The notes: generated by a model from the letters alone, not told the origin. Counted from the stretch's first letter, positions 8,911-20,133 are shown. The stretch is DNA of 64,000 nt from Synergistaceae bacterium UBA6083 (GCA_002436015.1 DIXJ01000010.1:45860-109859), one strand, 5' to 3'. Numbers and translations are program-made.

Positions 8911-10077
8911 CTATTCCAGCAGGCCAAGGTAGCGCTCTTCGCGGGAGACCTTCCCCGCGGCGAGGTCCATGAAAAGCTCCCGGGCGTACTGCGGGAAAAA
9001 GTCCCGGCCGCCCAGGCCGTAGACGCACGACTGCACGGGGATGTTCTTCCCGCAGTCGTACAGGGCGCTCTTGATTTCCGCGGCCAGGGGGGCCGTCCCG
9101 CCGATGCTCAGGGCCCGGTCCAGCACGGCCACGGCCTTCGCGGTGCCCAGGATTTCGGCGACCTCATCCGCGGGGAAGGGACGGAACATCCGCACCCGCA
9201 GGCAGCCGGCCTTGATGCCCTGTTCCCGCAGCTCGTCCACGACGTCCTTCACGACTCCCGAGGCGGAAGACATGACCACGACGATGAAGTCGGCATCCTC
9301 GGTGCGGTAGCGGTCGAGCTTGGGGTAGAAACGCCCGGAGACGGCCTCGAATTCCTTCGCGACGCCGTCGTAGACCTTGAGCACGTTCTTCATGGCCTCG
9401 ATCTGCTGCCGCTTGATCTCGAAGTAGTACTCGGACATGGCAAAGGAACCGTAGGTGACGGGGTGGTCGACGTCCAGGAGCGGGAAGTCGGCGTCACGCT
9501 CTCCGACGAAGGCCTTCACGGCGGCGTCGTCGAGGATTTCCACGGGTTCGAAGCCGTGGCTCGTGATGAACCCGTCCTGGCAGACGAAGACCGGGGAAAG
9601 GACGTCCTTGTGCTCGGCCAGGCGGATGGCCAGGATGGCCGTGTCGTAGGCTTCCTGGGCGTCCTCGCAGTAGAGGTGGACCCAGCCCGCATCGCGCTCG
9701 GCCATGCTGTCGCTGTGGTCGCAGTGGATGTTGATGGGGGCGCCGATGCACCGGTTCACCAGCCCGAAGACGATGGGGGTACGGAAGCAGCCGGCGATGG
9801 GGAAGATCTCGTGCATCAGGGCCACGCCGTTGGCGCTGGAGGCGGTCATGACGCGGGCCCCGGCGGCCGAGGCGGTGACGCAGGCGGTGATGGCGGAATG
9901 TTCGCTTTCAACGGTGACGAAGTTCGTGTCCACCTTGCCGTTCGCCACGAAGTCGGCGAACTTCATGGGGATGTCGGTGGACGGGGTGATGGGATAGGCG
10001 GCGACGACGTCCGGGTTGATCTGGCGCATCGCTTCCGCGAAGGCCCAGTTTCCCGACGTGATTTCCCTGCGAGGCAT
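8911..10077 (-). CDS. porA: Pyruvate/2-oxoacid:ferredoxin oxidoreductase alpha subunit
   Basis: AAYPITPST, VESEHSA, FRPFP, YGLGGRD. Confidence 0.93.
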   Translation of the reverse strand: MPRREITSGNWAFAEAMRQINPDVVAAYPITPSTDIPMKFADFVANGKVDTNFVTVESEHSAITACVTASAAGARVMTASSANGVALMHEIFPIAGCFRTPIVFGLVNRCIGAPINIHCDHSDSMAERDAGWVHLYCEDAQEAYDTAILAIRLAEHKDVLSPVFVCQDGFITSHGFEPVEILDDAAVKAFVGERDADFPLLDVDHPVTYGSFAMSEYYFEIKRQQIEAMKNVLKVYDGVAKEFEAVSGRFYPKLDRYRTEDADFIVVVMSSASGVVKDVVDELREQGIKAGCLRVRMFRPFPADEVAEILGTAKAVAVLDRALSIGGTAPLAAEIKSALYDCGKNIPVQSCVYGLGGRDFFPQYARELFMDLAAGKVSREERYLGLLE

Positions 10078-10080
10078 GGC

Positions 10081-10425
10081 TTACTCCCCCTTCGCGCCGG
10101 CGCCGGGGCCGGTGAACTCGGACTCGGGCCGCATCTCGATGGCCTTCTTCGGGCAGATGTGCGCGCAGATGCCGCAGCCCTTGCAGTAGAAGGTGTCGAT
10201 GCCGGTGACCTTCCCGTTTCCATCCGTCAGGATCGAGCGGTCGGGGCACTGGTTCCAGCACAGGAGGCAGGAGATGCACTTCTCCCCGTCCCAAACGGGG
10301 CGCATGCTCCGCCACTGGCCCGTCTCGACGGCCTCCGCGGAGGACCCGAAAGCGATGCCGCCCATGGGGACGTCCTGCCAGCGTTTAGGCTTGCCCATTT
10401 CAGCGCTGTTCCCGCGGTTTGTCAT
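10081..10425 (-). CDS. porD: Oxidoreductase delta subunit (2x[4Fe-4S])
   Basis: TGQWRSMRP, CISCLLCWNQCPD, CKGCGICAHICP; ATGA overlap with porC. Confidence 0.92.
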   Translation of the reverse strand: MTNRGNSAEMGKPKRWQDVPMGGIAFGSSAEAVETGQWRSMRPVWDGEKCISCLLCWNQCPDRSILTDGNGKVTGIDTFYCKGCGICAHICPKKAIEMRPESEFTGPGAGAKGE

Positions 10426-10994
10426 CCGACCTGCACCTCCTCGTAGCCCCGCCGGATCGCCCGCACGTTCGCCGCGAGGATCTTTTCCGGGAGCTTGGCC
10501 ATCTTGTGGGAGAAATGCTCGACGAAGGCCTCGATGGGCACCTCGTCGAAGATGTGGGCGAAGGTGCCGAGCATGGGGGCGTTGGGCCGGTTCTGGCCGA
10601 ACTCCTCCAGCGTGATCTTCGTCGCGTCGATGGTGATGACCTTCACGGCTTCGCCCAGGCCCAGCTGGGTCTTGATCTCGGCCGGGGAAGCGGGTGTGTT
10701 GACCAGGTACACCGTTTTCTCGGTGCACCCGTCGGTGGGGCGGACGGATTCGAGCAGGGTCGGGTCGATGACGGCCACGACATCGGGGTTCTGGACGCCG
10801 CAGCGCTTGCGGATGGGGGCATCGGAAACGCGGTTGAACGCCTTCATCGGGGCTCCCTGTCGCTCGGCGCCGTACTCCGGGAACGACTGCACGTGCTTGC
10901 CGGCCTCGAACAGGACCTCGGCCAGGACGGCGGAGCCCGTCTTGGCACCCTGTCCTCCCCGGCCGTGCCATCGGACCTCGAGGGTCTTGGGCAT
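10422..10994 (-). CDS. porC: Oxidoreductase gamma subunit
   Basis: EVRWHGRGGQGAKT, FPEYGAERQGAP. Confidence 0.93.
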   Translation of the reverse strand: MPKTLEVRWHGRGGQGAKTGSAVLAEVLFEAGKHVQSFPEYGAERQGAPMKAFNRVSDAPIRKRCGVQNPDVVAVIDPTLLESVRPTDGCTEKTVYLVNTPASPAEIKTQLGLGEAVKVITIDATKITLEEFGQNRPNAPMLGTFAHIFDEVPIEAFVEHFSHKMAKLPEKILAANVRAIRRGYEEVQVG

Positions 10995-11170
10995 GGACGG
11001 ATCACGCTCCTCTCATGGAATAATGAATGCTGTATATCTCTTGTGGACATACGGGACAAGAATAGCGTGACTCGGGGGAATAATCAAACGATTCCTGCAG
11101 GCTAAAACCTTCGAAAAGCGGCGCGGTGACGGGTTCCTGTGTTATAAAGGACTTAAACGGGAGGGATGTC

Positions 11171-12493
11171 ATGCTACGGGCCAATTCGCGCTATTCGAAC
11201 TCCCTGGCCGTGCTTTTCGGCCTTGAAAGTTTCGTTTTCTGGGCGACCGTCCTGGGCGGCGGCTTCCTTGTCTTCGAGGGAAAAGCCTACGCCGGGCAGT
11301 ACGCCGCCATCAACGCCTGCCTGGCCCTGGGGCTCTACGCCTTCAGGGGCTATGATCCGGCGCGTCTAAAGAATCCCTACGAAGCCCTGGTCGCCGGCAT
11401 GCAGGGGATCTTCTTCGGAGGAATCCTCGCGGTTTCCCTTTTGATGACCCAATTCCCCCGAATTCCCCGTCCCTACTTCATCCCCACGTTCCTCGCCTAC
11501 CTGGCCGCCGGTCTTGCCGGACGGCTGGCCTGGTCCCGGTGGTTCGCCAGGGGAGACCGGACGACCGCGGCCTGGGTCGTCGGGAGCGAGGATTGGAAGA
11601 GCCTGCTCGACGATATCGCCGCCGGGCTCGGGACGGCTTTCGAACCGCTGGCCTTCGTGAGCCTGGAAGGCGCGGAAAGGGCGCTCCCGGCAGGGCAGCC
11701 AGAAGGGAAGAACGGGAAACTGCTGGTCGTCGCCGACCCCGAAGTGATGGCGGAAAAGGATTTCCACCGGGCCCTGAACCGGCTTGGCACGAAGGGAATG
11801 AGCGTCGACCTGTTGCCGAACCTTGCGGAGAGGGCTTTGGGCCGGATCCCCCTGGACGTGGCGCAGGTTTTTCGCAGCCATTACGAGGTGGTCTTCAACG
11901 ACCTCGTGCTGGACCCGGTGCAGAGGATCCTCGACGTGACGGTCTCTCTTTGTGCGCTGGTGCTGCTTTCACCCGTGATGGCCGCCATCCTCCTGGCCAT
12001 CCGGCTGGATTCGAAGGGCGGCGCGATCTTCATCCAGGACCGGGTCGGGCTGGACGGGACGGTCTACCGGATGCACAAGTTCCGGACCATGGCCGTCCGC
12101 GAAAAGGGAAATGGCGCGCCGGCGTTCGCAGACCAGGAAGAAAACCGGATCACGAAGGTCGGCCGGGCCCTGCGAAAAACCCGCCTGGACGAGTTGCCCC
12201 AGCTCTGGGACGTGCTGAGGGGCAAGATGAGCCTGGTGGGGCCCCGTCCCGAACAGCCGGCCTTCGTGGAGCAGTTCAGCGAGTCGATCCCCTTCTACGA
12301 CTACCGTCACGAGGCCAGGCCCGGCATCACCGGCTGGGCCCAGATCAACTATGATTATGCGTATGACCTGGAAGGCACGAAGCGAAAGCTGGAATACGAC
12401 CTTTACTACGTCAAGCGCCGGTCCCTGATGCTGGACCTGCAGATCCTGCTGAAGACCCTCGAGATCATGGTGGGAAGGCGGGGGGCGCGATGA
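11171..12493 (+). CDS. Polyprenyl-phosphate sugar-1-phosphate transferase (WcaJ/WbaP-like priming enzyme)
   Basis: N-terminal TM helices; KFRTM, RLDELPQL, MSLVGPRPE, PGITGWAQ, DLYY. Confidence 0.92.
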   Translation: MLRANSRYSNSLAVLFGLESFVFWATVLGGGFLVFEGKAYAGQYAAINACLALGLYAFRGYDPARLKNPYEALVAGMQGIFFGGILAVSLLMTQFPRIPRPYFIPTFLAYLAAGLAGRLAWSRWFARGDRTTAAWVVGSEDWKSLLDDIAAGLGTAFEPLAFVSLEGAERALPAGQPEGKNGKLLVVADPEVMAEKDFHRALNRLGTKGMSVDLLPNLAERALGRIPLDVAQVFRSHYEVVFNDLVLDPVQRILDVTVSLCALVLLSPVMAAILLAIRLDSKGGAIFIQDRVGLDGTVYRMHKFRTMAVREKGNGAPAFADQEENRITKVGRALRKTRLDELPQLWDVLRGKMSLVGPRPEQPAFVEQFSESIPFYDYRHEARPGITGWAQINYDYAYDLEGTKRKLEYDLYYVKRRSLMLDLQILLKTLEIMVGRRGAR

Positions 12494-13731
12494 GGGATGG
12501 AAATGGAAAGATTGGACAAGGAAAGAGGATCCTTCTCGTCTCCCAAATGTTTTTTCCTGACGATGCTGCTACTGCAAAAGCTATGAGTGATATTGCAAAG
12601 TCATTGGTTGAAAATGGTTTTTCAGTAGAGGTCCTTTGCCAGAATCGCTCCTACTTGGATATTGATGCTAAGTATGCAGAAGATGAATGGTGGGAAGGAG
12701 TTCATATCAGGAGGGTGCCTGTTCCAAGACTGAGAAAAGACGGTCCGTTTCAGAGAATCTTTCTTCTTCTCCTTTTTACGGCTCTTGTTGCCCATAAATT
12801 ATTAAAAGAGGATGCAGATCTATTCCTGTCGGTTTCTAACCCACCTTGGCTTGGTTACCTGGTTTCGCAGAAAGCTAAAAAGAGTGGGAAACCCTCTGTC
12901 TTTATCCTTCATGATCTTTACCCCGACTTATTGGAAAGGTTGGGTAGGCTGTCAAATAGATCCTTGCTCTACCGATTCAGTCGGCTTGTTATGGAAAAAA
13001 TATTCACGAACAGCCAGAAAATTGTTGTATTGGGACGTGATGTGTCTTCATACATTAATGAGCAGTATGAAGTTCCTTTGGAAAAAATTAAATTGATTAC
13101 CAATTGGGGACCTTCCGACAGAGGGGAAAGTAATCAACAAGCGTGTCCCGCGACTCATGCAGTATTTTCAGGAAAAACCTTCTGGGTTCTCTATTCCGGG
13201 AATCTTGGAGAAACGGCAGAATTTGAGACGCTGCTAGCAGCGTCTCAAATTTGCCAGAAACGAGACCCATCTATTCGTTTTAAAATTCTAGGGAGTGGTA
13301 AAAAAAAGCAGTGGATTGAAAAAAAATTATTTGAAAATAAAATCGATAACGTTGAATTGCATTCTTTCGTTCCATATCCTTTGTACCGAGAAATGCTGCA
13401 CGAGGCAGATCTCTTCTTTGTTAGTCTACGCCCGGAACTTAAAGGCATTTCAGTCCCCTCGAAGACCTATTATTATTTCAGCGCTGGGAAACCCATCCTT
13501 GCCGTAGTTCCTGAAGGGTCCGAAATCGGACTTGAATTGCTTGAGGATGAGGTCGGAATTCCGCTCCCATACGATGGGGAAGCCCTGTCTGAGGCAATTT
13601 TGTTATTAAAAAATGATCAGAAGCACTATTCCCGCTTATCTGAAAAATGCGAGCGAACTTATAAAGATAAATATCAATCCAATGTCGTCTTGCCTAAATA
13701 CAGTGCTTTGATCCGAGAGATATTAAATTAA
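12490..13731 (+). CDS. Glycosyltransferase family 4 (WbuB-like)
   Basis: SQMFFPD, HDLYPD, YSGNLG, SVPSK..Y...GKP; low GC. Confidence 0.85.
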   Translation: MRDGNGKIGQGKRILLVSQMFFPDDAATAKAMSDIAKSLVENGFSVEVLCQNRSYLDIDAKYAEDEWWEGVHIRRVPVPRLRKDGPFQRIFLLLLFTALVAHKLLKEDADLFLSVSNPPWLGYLVSQKAKKSGKPSVFILHDLYPDLLERLGRLSNRSLLYRFSRLVMEKIFTNSQKIVVLGRDVSSYINEQYEVPLEKIKLITNWGPSDRGESNQQACPATHAVFSGKTFWVLYSGNLGETAEFETLLAASQICQKRDPSIRFKILGSGKKKQWIEKKLFENKIDNVELHSFVPYPLYREMLHEADLFFVSLRPELKGISVPSKTYYYFSAGKPILAVVPEGSEIGLELLEDEVGIPLPYDGEALSEAILLLKNDQKHYSRLSEKCERTYKDKYQSNVVLPKYSALIREILN

Positions 13732-13735
13732 TAAG

Positions 13736-14803
13736 GTGATCATTGAAATGTCAAAGTCAAGCGGAAGAGAAGTGATTCGCAATAGGGGAAAAAATGACTT
13801 GATCAGTGTAATTGTCCCGTTTTACAACGTCGAACAGTATATTGAAAAAACCCTAGAGTCGATTATTAATCAGGAATATAAAGAAATTGAACTGGTATTG
13901 ATAGATGATGGATCAACGGATAAATCTTACGAAAGGGCCCTTGAAATGCTTGGCAGAAAGCCTTTTCGGCATATTCTGCATAGGCAAGAAAACCTTGGTG
14001 TAAGTGCGGCCAGGAATAAGGGGATTGAATTAGCGTCCGGGACTTATTTAATATTTATTGATTCGGACGATTTGATGCATCCACGTTATATTGAACAATT
14101 ACATAATGCCCTGGTTCAAAAAAATTTTGATATCATATTTTGTGGTTTTAAGAGGTTTAAAAACGATTTAAAGCTTATGAAGCAACCTTTTCCGACTATG
14201 AAAGTAGAGGAAATGGATCGACTAGATATGATGCGCGACTTTTTGTATGGATTTAAAAAATTGTCTATATGTGCAATGATGATTAGTAAAATAAATATTA
14301 AAGCTAACTCTCTTTTGTTTTATGAGGGACATCGATATGCGGAGGATATCCATTTTATATGGAGAGCGCTCCTTTGCACCGAACGAATTGGTTATGACCC
14401 GTCTTGCCTGTACTTTTACCGATTCAGGAGTGGTTCTGCAATGGCAGGATTTGAAGTTTCTCGGTCGGATGGACTATTTTTGATGAAGGATATAGAAAAA
14501 TATGTTAAGTCTTGTTGCGCTAGTTTTTATGAAGAGTATTCAATGTATGGAAGTGCGCGCTGGGTTTGGTCAACACTGTGGCAAGCAGCCTTTTCTCTAC
14601 CTTATCCAGAGTTCAAAAAAACGTGTAGCCAGCTTGATGCGGGAATGATGTTAAAAAGGCTTTTTAGTTATCCTAATTCCATGGTGAAGATTAGCTCAAG
14701 AGTATTTATCTTCTCGAATCGAATGTATTATTTATTGATAAGGTTATTCTGTAATGCAAGGGATCTCTATTATGGCTTTTCAGCTTGGCTGAACATGATT
14801 TAG
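13736..14803 (+). CDS. Glycosyltransferase family 2
   Basis: ISVIVPFYNVE, IDDGSTD, FIDSDD, AED; low GC. Confidence 0.88.
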   Translation: MIIEMSKSSGREVIRNRGKNDLISVIVPFYNVEQYIEKTLESIINQEYKEIELVLIDDGSTDKSYERALEMLGRKPFRHILHRQENLGVSAARNKGIELASGTYLIFIDSDDLMHPRYIEQLHNALVQKNFDIIFCGFKRFKNDLKLMKQPFPTMKVEEMDRLDMMRDFLYGFKKLSICAMMISKINIKANSLLFYEGHRYAEDIHFIWRALLCTERIGYDPSCLYFYRFRSGSAMAGFEVSRSDGLFLMKDIEKYVKSCCASFYEEYSMYGSARWVWSTLWQAAFSLPYPEFKKTCSQLDAGMMLKRLFSYPNSMVKISSRVFIFSNRMYYLLIRLFCNARDLYYGFSAWLNMI

Positions 14804-14844
14804 AAAAATAAGCTAGCCTTTTTAAAAATGGACGGAGGAAGAGG

Positions 14845-15951
14845 ATGAAAAGGATAGCCCTTATTACCGGTATTACAGGCCAAGACGGATCCTACCTGGC
14901 CGAACTCCTTTTGTCAAAAGGCTATGAGGTTCACGGGATAAAGCGCCGTAGCAGCCTTTTCAACACAGGCCGCATAGATCACCTTTACCAGGACCCACAC
15001 GAGGAAAACGTACACTTCAAGCTCCATTACGGAGACCTGACCGACGCGACGAACCTCATCCGAGTCGTCCAGGAGGTCCAGCCGGACGAAATCTACAACC
15101 TTGGGGCGCAGAGCCACGTGCAGGTTTCCTTTGAAACACCGGAATACACGGCCAACAGTGATGCCCTGGGGACCCTGAGGCTGCTGGAGGCGATCCGGAT
15201 CTTGGGCCTGGAGAAAAAGACCCGTTTTTACCAGGCCTCCACCAGCGAACTCTTCGGAAAAGTACAGGAGATTCCCCAGAAGGAAACCACGCCCTTTTAC
15301 CCGCGCAGCCCGTATGCGGCGGCCAAGCTCTACGCCTACTGGATCACCGTCAACTACCGGGAGGCCTACCATCTTCATGCTTCGAACGGGATCCTGTTCA
15401 ACCATGAATCCCCGTTACGGGGGGAAACCTTTGTGTCGAGAAAGATTACCCGGGCGGCGGCACGAGTCGCTCTCGGCCTGCAGAAGAAGGTTTACCTGGG
15501 AAACCTGGACGCAAAGCGTGACTGGGGACATGCGAAGGATTACGTGGAGGCCATGTGGCTCATGCTCCAGCAGGAGGAGCCCGACGATTACGTGGTCGCA
15601 ACCGGGCAGACTCATTCGGTCAGGGAATTCGCTGCGCTTGCCTTCCGGGAAACCGGGGTCGACCTGTCCTGGGAGGGCAGGGGAGTGGAGGAGAAGGGGA
15701 GAAATTCGAAGACCGGGGAAATCCTGGTCGAGGTGGATCCCCGATATTTCCGGCCTACCGAGGTAGAGTTGCTGCTGGGGGATCCCTCCAAGGCGAAGGA
15801 AACGCTCGGCTGGGTGGCCAGAACGTCATTCGAGGATCTCGTGAAGGACATGGTCGCGTCGGATATCGAACGGTTCCGCAAGGAACGGTATTGCCGCGAC
15901 GGCGGCTTTGCCTCCCCTCCCCGTCTCGAGGAGCTCGGCCAGATCCATTGA
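14845..15951 (+). CDS. gmd: GDP-mannose 4,6-dehydratase
   Basis: [42 protein letters not shown]. Confidence 0.97.
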   Translation: MKRIALITGITGQDGSYLAELLLSKGYEVHGIKRRSSLFNTGRIDHLYQDPHEENVHFKLHYGDLTDATNLIRVVQEVQPDEIYNLGAQSHVQVSFETPEYTANSDALGTLRLLEAIRILGLEKKTRFYQASTSELFGKVQEIPQKETTPFYPRSPYAAAKLYAYWITVNYREAYHLHASNGILFNHESPLRGETFVSRKITRAAARVALGLQKKVYLGNLDAKRDWGHAKDYVEAMWLMLQQEEPDDYVVATGQTHSVREFAALAFRETGVDLSWEGRGVEEKGRNSKTGEILVEVDPRYFRPTEVELLLGDPSKAKETLGWVARTSFEDLVKDMVASDIERFRKERYCRDGGFASPPRLEELGQIH

Positions 15952-15974
15952 AATAGAGGAAGAAGGATTTCATC

Positions 15975-16925
15975 ATGGAGCTTGGAGCGAAAATCTATGT
16001 CGCCGGTCATAGGGGGCTAGTGGGTTCCGCCCTGCTTCGAAAGCTTGAAGCGGAAGGCTATGAGAACCTTGTGGTCCGTACGAGTACCGAGTTGGATCTC
16101 CGGCGCCAGGAGCAGGTCGAGCAGTTCTTCGTGCGCGAAAAACCCGAAGTTGTTTTCCTCGCCGCCGCAAAGGTCGGGGGCATTTGGGCCAATAGCACCT
16201 ACCCGGGCCAGTTCATTTACGAGAACCTGGCCATCCAGTCTAACATCCTGGAGTGTGCCAGGATCCACGGGGTCAAGAAACTGCTGTTCCTGGGGAGTTC
16301 CTGTATCTACCCCCGCGATTGTCCCCAACCGATCCGTGAGGAATACCTGCTGACGGGACCTCTTGAGAAGACAAACGAGGCCTACGCTCTAGCGAAAATT
16401 GCCGGGATCAAGACCTGCCAAGCCTATCGCGCCCAGTACGGCTGCAACTTCATCTCCGTGATGCCCACGAACCTTTACGGTCCCAACGACAATTACGACC
16501 TCCAGAACAGCCATGTGCTTCCCGCCCTGATCCGGAAATTCCACGAGGCGAAAGTGAAGATGGAACCGTTTGTGAGCTTGTGGGGCACGGGATCGCCGAG
16601 GAGGGAGTTCCTCCACGTGGTCGACCTGGCGGACGCCTGCTTTTTCCTGATGAACCACTACGACGAAGGGGATATCATCAACATCGGAACGGGCGAGGAC
16701 TTGCCGATCCGGGACCTGGCGGAAATCGTGAAACGCATTATAGACTTCGAAGGAGAAATTCGCTGGGATTCGACGAAGCCTGACGGGACGCCCCGAAAAA
16801 CGCTCTGGGTCGAACGGCTTCACCAAGTCGGATGGCACCACCGGATCGGTCTAGAAGAAGGCATAGACATGACCTATCGTGATTTCCTGGAAAAAATAAA
16901 AGCAGGGAGCCTCGGCAAGGCATGA
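15975..16925 (+). CDS. fcl: GDP-L-fucose synthase
   Basis: VAGHRGLVGSA, AAAKVGGI, LGSSCIYP, YALAK, MPTNLYG. Confidence 0.97.
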   Translation: MELGAKIYVAGHRGLVGSALLRKLEAEGYENLVVRTSTELDLRRQEQVEQFFVREKPEVVFLAAAKVGGIWANSTYPGQFIYENLAIQSNILECARIHGVKKLLFLGSSCIYPRDCPQPIREEYLLTGPLEKTNEAYALAKIAGIKTCQAYRAQYGCNFISVMPTNLYGPNDNYDLQNSHVLPALIRKFHEAKVKMEPFVSLWGTGSPRREFLHVVDLADACFFLMNHYDEGDIINIGTGEDLPIRDLAEIVKRIIDFEGEIRWDSTKPDGTPRKTLWVERLHQVGWHHRIGLEEGIDMTYRDFLEKIKAGSLGKA

Positions 16926-17776
16926 AGCCCTATATTTCCATCGTCACTGCAACCTACAATTCGGTTCAGTTACTGCAACGTTGCCTCGACAGCGTTTCAA
17001 GCCAGACCTTCAAGGCAGTTGAACATATCGTGATCGATGGGGCCTCCACGGATGGGACCGTCGAAATCATCAAGCTCAACAAGGAGAAGATCGCCTATTC
17101 AGTCTCCGAGCCCGACACCGGGGTATACAACGCCTGGAATAAAGCTGTGCCCCATACCAGGGGCGAATGGGTGCTTTTCCTCGGTTCTGACGATAGGCTG
17201 GTAAACGAAACAGTGTTGGAGAGGATCGCGCTGCATCTAGAGGATGCATATCCGAGCCATAGACTTGTTTATGGAATTTTACTGGTTTCAAGGAGAGGGA
17301 CAGAAGAAACATTATTCCCTGTTGGAGAACCCTGGGCTAACCTTAAAGGGAGATATAGCCGGGCGAACATTCTCTTGCCCCCTCACCCTGCGACATTCCA
17401 GCATAGGTCTATATTCAACGGGGCAGGAACATTTGATGAGACTTTCAAAATTGCTGGAGATAGTAAGTTTGTGACCCAAGAGGTGCTGAAAAGAGAGCCT
17501 CTCTTCGTTCCAGTGGAGGTCACACGCTTCTCAATTGGGGGGCTGTCCTGGACTCCAGGCCGGGGGGAACGAATGATCTGGGAAGAGGAGAGGAAAATAT
17601 CAAAAGAATTCGGAATCAAGGTAGCATTCCCCAGGTTATTTATTAATTATATTAAGGCGATTATCAAAGATAACATACACCATTATTTGGGGGAGAAAGC
17701 GGCTCTTGCGTTTGTTAATGTTTTCCGAATATTAAAATTAAAGAAGCCAATATATCTCTTCCAATTTAGGAAATAA
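16922..17776 (+). CDS. Glycosyltransferase family 2 (WcaE-like, possibly fucosyltransferase)
   Basis: IDGASTDGT, SEPDTGVYNAWNK, FLGSDD, HPATF, FKIAGD. Confidence 0.85.
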   Translation: MKPYISIVTATYNSVQLLQRCLDSVSSQTFKAVEHIVIDGASTDGTVEIIKLNKEKIAYSVSEPDTGVYNAWNKAVPHTRGEWVLFLGSDDRLVNETVLERIALHLEDAYPSHRLVYGILLVSRRGTEETLFPVGEPWANLKGRYSRANILLPPHPATFQHRSIFNGAGTFDETFKIAGDSKFVTQEVLKREPLFVPVEVTRFSIGGLSWTPGRGERMIWEEERKISKEFGIKVAFPRLFINYIKAIIKDNIHHYLGEKAALAFVNVFRILKLKKPIYLFQFRK

Positions 17777-17815
17777 CGCATCTTTCAATGATAACGGCCC
17801 TATTCATCGGAAGAG

Positions 17816-19069
17816 GTGAGGGACATTAGAGTTGTGATCGTAAATGAATCAGATATCCAAGGAGGAGCTGCCAGGGCGGCTCATCGTCTACACTTGTCTC
17901 TCCTGAGTGCTGGGATTGATAGTCGTATGCTTGTCCAGCGCAAATTTTCTGACGATCCGACCGTCCTGGGACCAGAGACTGATTTTAAGCGGCGATTCGG
18001 GAAGGTGCGCCCGTTTTTGGATTTGCTGCCTATAAATAAATACAAGGATCGAACAAACACGCTTTTTTCCACTGGTTGGCTCCCCTTCGGAGGTATCGCA
18101 GAGCGGATTAACCAACTGAATCCCGATCTCGTTCACATCCATTGGATTGCTGGTGGGATGATGCGAATAGAAGAGCTCGCTGAAATTAAAGCGCCGATTG
18201 TTTGGAGTCTCCACGATATGTGGCCATTTACGGGAGGTTGCCACTACGATGGGCAGTGCGGTAGGTATAGAGAAACTTGTGGTAATTGTCCGCTTCTGCT
18301 CTCGAGGAAGGAGAATGATCTAAGCAGGGAAGTTTTTGCAAGAAAAAGCAGGGCTTATTCAAAGAAAAGGGATATGACCATCGTTGGCCTCAGTTCATGG
18401 ATAACACAGTGCGCTGAATCTAGCAGTCTGTTAAGCGGTAAAAGGGTTGTTCATTTGCCTAATCCAATCGACACCGACAATTTTAGGCCTTTCGACAAAA
18501 GAAAAGCTCGTGAACTTTGGCGATTCCCTTCGGATAGAAAAATTCTTCTGTATGGAGCCATATCGGCGAGTAGCGACCGTAGAAAAGGCTTGAAAGAACT
18601 AAATTCGGCCCTTGATATGGTTGTACAAAAGGATTTTGAAGTTTGTATTTTCGGGGCGAGCCAACCGTCTGAAAAACCTTCACAACGGTATAAAACGACA
18701 TACCTAGGTCCATTGCATGATGAGGTAAGTTTGATTTCCTTGTACAACGCTTGCGACTTAATGGTCGTTCCTAGCCTGCAGGAAAACCTTTCGAACTCGA
18801 TTATGGAAGCGCTTTCTTGTGGGACGCCAGTCATTGCTTTCAACGTAGGCGGAAACTCAGACATGATCGAGCATAAAAAAAATGGCTATCTGGCAAAACC
18901 TTTCGAGCCTAAAGATCTTGCTTTAGGAGTTGAGTGGGTTCTTGATGCCCCGAACTACGAGGACCTTCGAATAAACGCGAGAGAGAAGGTATTGCAAGAA
19001 TTCCGCAGTGACCTAGTGGCCGAGAGATATATAAAAATTTACAACGAGATCTTGCAAGGCGGGAAGTAA
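17816..19069 (+). CDS. Glycosyltransferase family 4 (WcaC-like)
   Basis: GGAARAAHRLH, HIHW, WSLHDMWPFTGGCHY, ENL..SIMEALSCGTP. Confidence 0.88.
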   Translation: MRDIRVVIVNESDIQGGAARAAHRLHLSLLSAGIDSRMLVQRKFSDDPTVLGPETDFKRRFGKVRPFLDLLPINKYKDRTNTLFSTGWLPFGGIAERINQLNPDLVHIHWIAGGMMRIEELAEIKAPIVWSLHDMWPFTGGCHYDGQCGRYRETCGNCPLLLSRKENDLSREVFARKSRAYSKKRDMTIVGLSSWITQCAESSSLLSGKRVVHLPNPIDTDNFRPFDKRKARELWRFPSDRKILLYGAISASSDRRKGLKELNSALDMVVQKDFEVCIFGASQPSEKPSQRYKTTYLGPLHDEVSLISLYNACDLMVVPSLQENLSNSIMEALSCGTPVIAFNVGGNSDMIEHKKNGYLAKPFEPKDLALGVEWVLDAPNYEDLRINAREKVLQEFRSDLVAERYIKIYNEILQGGK

Positions 19070-19106
19070 GAACACGGTGCTTGATGTCTGGGCTTGAATA
19101 TCTTCT

Positions 19107-20036
19107 TCAGCGGAGAAGGTTCTTCCCCAAGAAAGTCCGTGCGATTTTGTTTATCGCACGGGATAGTATGTTTATTTTACGGTAGACCCTTCTGAAAGCT
19201 TCCATTACCTCGGAGTCGGTTTGGATAGAAACTGGCAAAGCGGGGTTTGCCACTGCTTCCTGTAGGTTGATCCCTTCAAAATCCGAAGATTTTCCGCAAT
19301 GCGTCCCGGTCCCATCATGTCCGATGTTTTTGACGTAAGACTTGACCGGACATAGGGAATAGGACCCGCTTTTGAAGTGGGCGTATGAAAACCGGATGGC
19401 CCAGGAATTTATCTTGCCTTCCATCTGGCTGTCGAGCATGGCGCAAAGGTCATCCCCACCTTGATTGAATCTTTCTTTGAGAGAGGTATTCCTAGTGAAG
19501 TCTGCGTAGTCTTTGACCTGCCAATCCACTTTTTCCCATCTGTTTGCCCAGGTCCCCCATCCCCATGAAGAATTTCTCAGTGAAAGCCAGACGTCTTTCC
19601 TATAAATTTTCGGGAATTTCATGAGTTCCCGCGGGTGGTTATAGCCGCTAATTGACATGATCCGGGCATCGGAGGCGTAGGTTTCAAGCGCTTCGTTCAT
19701 GTACTTCAAGAAATAGGGGCTTGTGACCAAATCGTCTTCAAGGACTATGATTCTTCCGTGTTTGTTTACAACGTCTGTAACCCCGTCAATGATAGATTCG
19801 GCAAGTCCCCAGTTTCTATTTCGAAAGGTCAAAACCACATTCTTAAAACCCCCGACCTGCATGACATATTTCCGCACAACTTCAACGTTTTGGGTTGAGG
19901 CCGTGTCCTTTGCAGCATCGCTGTAGATGAAAAGTTCGCTTCCATCCGCGAGAAAGTTTTTTTGAAGAGCCTCTATCGTCTGACGGGTATGCTCAGGCCG
20001 GTTGTAAACAAATAGAGCAATTGGAGCTAATCTCAT
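19107..20036 (-). CDS. Glycosyltransferase (GT-A fold)
   Basis: APIALFVYNRPEHT, IIVLEDD, SSWGWGTW, NIGHDGTG. Confidence 0.85.
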   Translation of the reverse strand: MRLAPIALFVYNRPEHTRQTIEALQKNFLADGSELFIYSDAAKDTASTQNVEVVRKYVMQVGGFKNVVLTFRNRNWGLAESIIDGVTDVVNKHGRIIVLEDDLVTSPYFLKYMNEALETYASDARIMSISGYNHPRELMKFPKIYRKDVWLSLRNSSWGWGTWANRWEKVDWQVKDYADFTRNTSLKERFNQGGDDLCAMLDSQMEGKINSWAIRFSYAHFKSGSYSLCPVKSYVKNIGHDGTGTHCGKSSDFEGINLQEAVANPALPVSIQTDSEVMEAFRRVYRKINILSRAINKIARTFLGKNLLR

Positions 20037-20133
20037 TTATCCTCTTCTCCTTTATTTTTAAGAAGGGTTAGCGACAGATTACTCCTGCATCGATCTTGGC
20101 TGAAACCATGAAACGTAGAGAGGGACCGGCATG

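Noticed and set aside
8731..10446. Long antisense or alternate-frame ORFs (also 1073-2404, 24595-26067, 30432-32237, 47684-49702)
   Set aside because: Shadow ORFs opposite well-supported genes, expected from high GC codon bias; no motifs.
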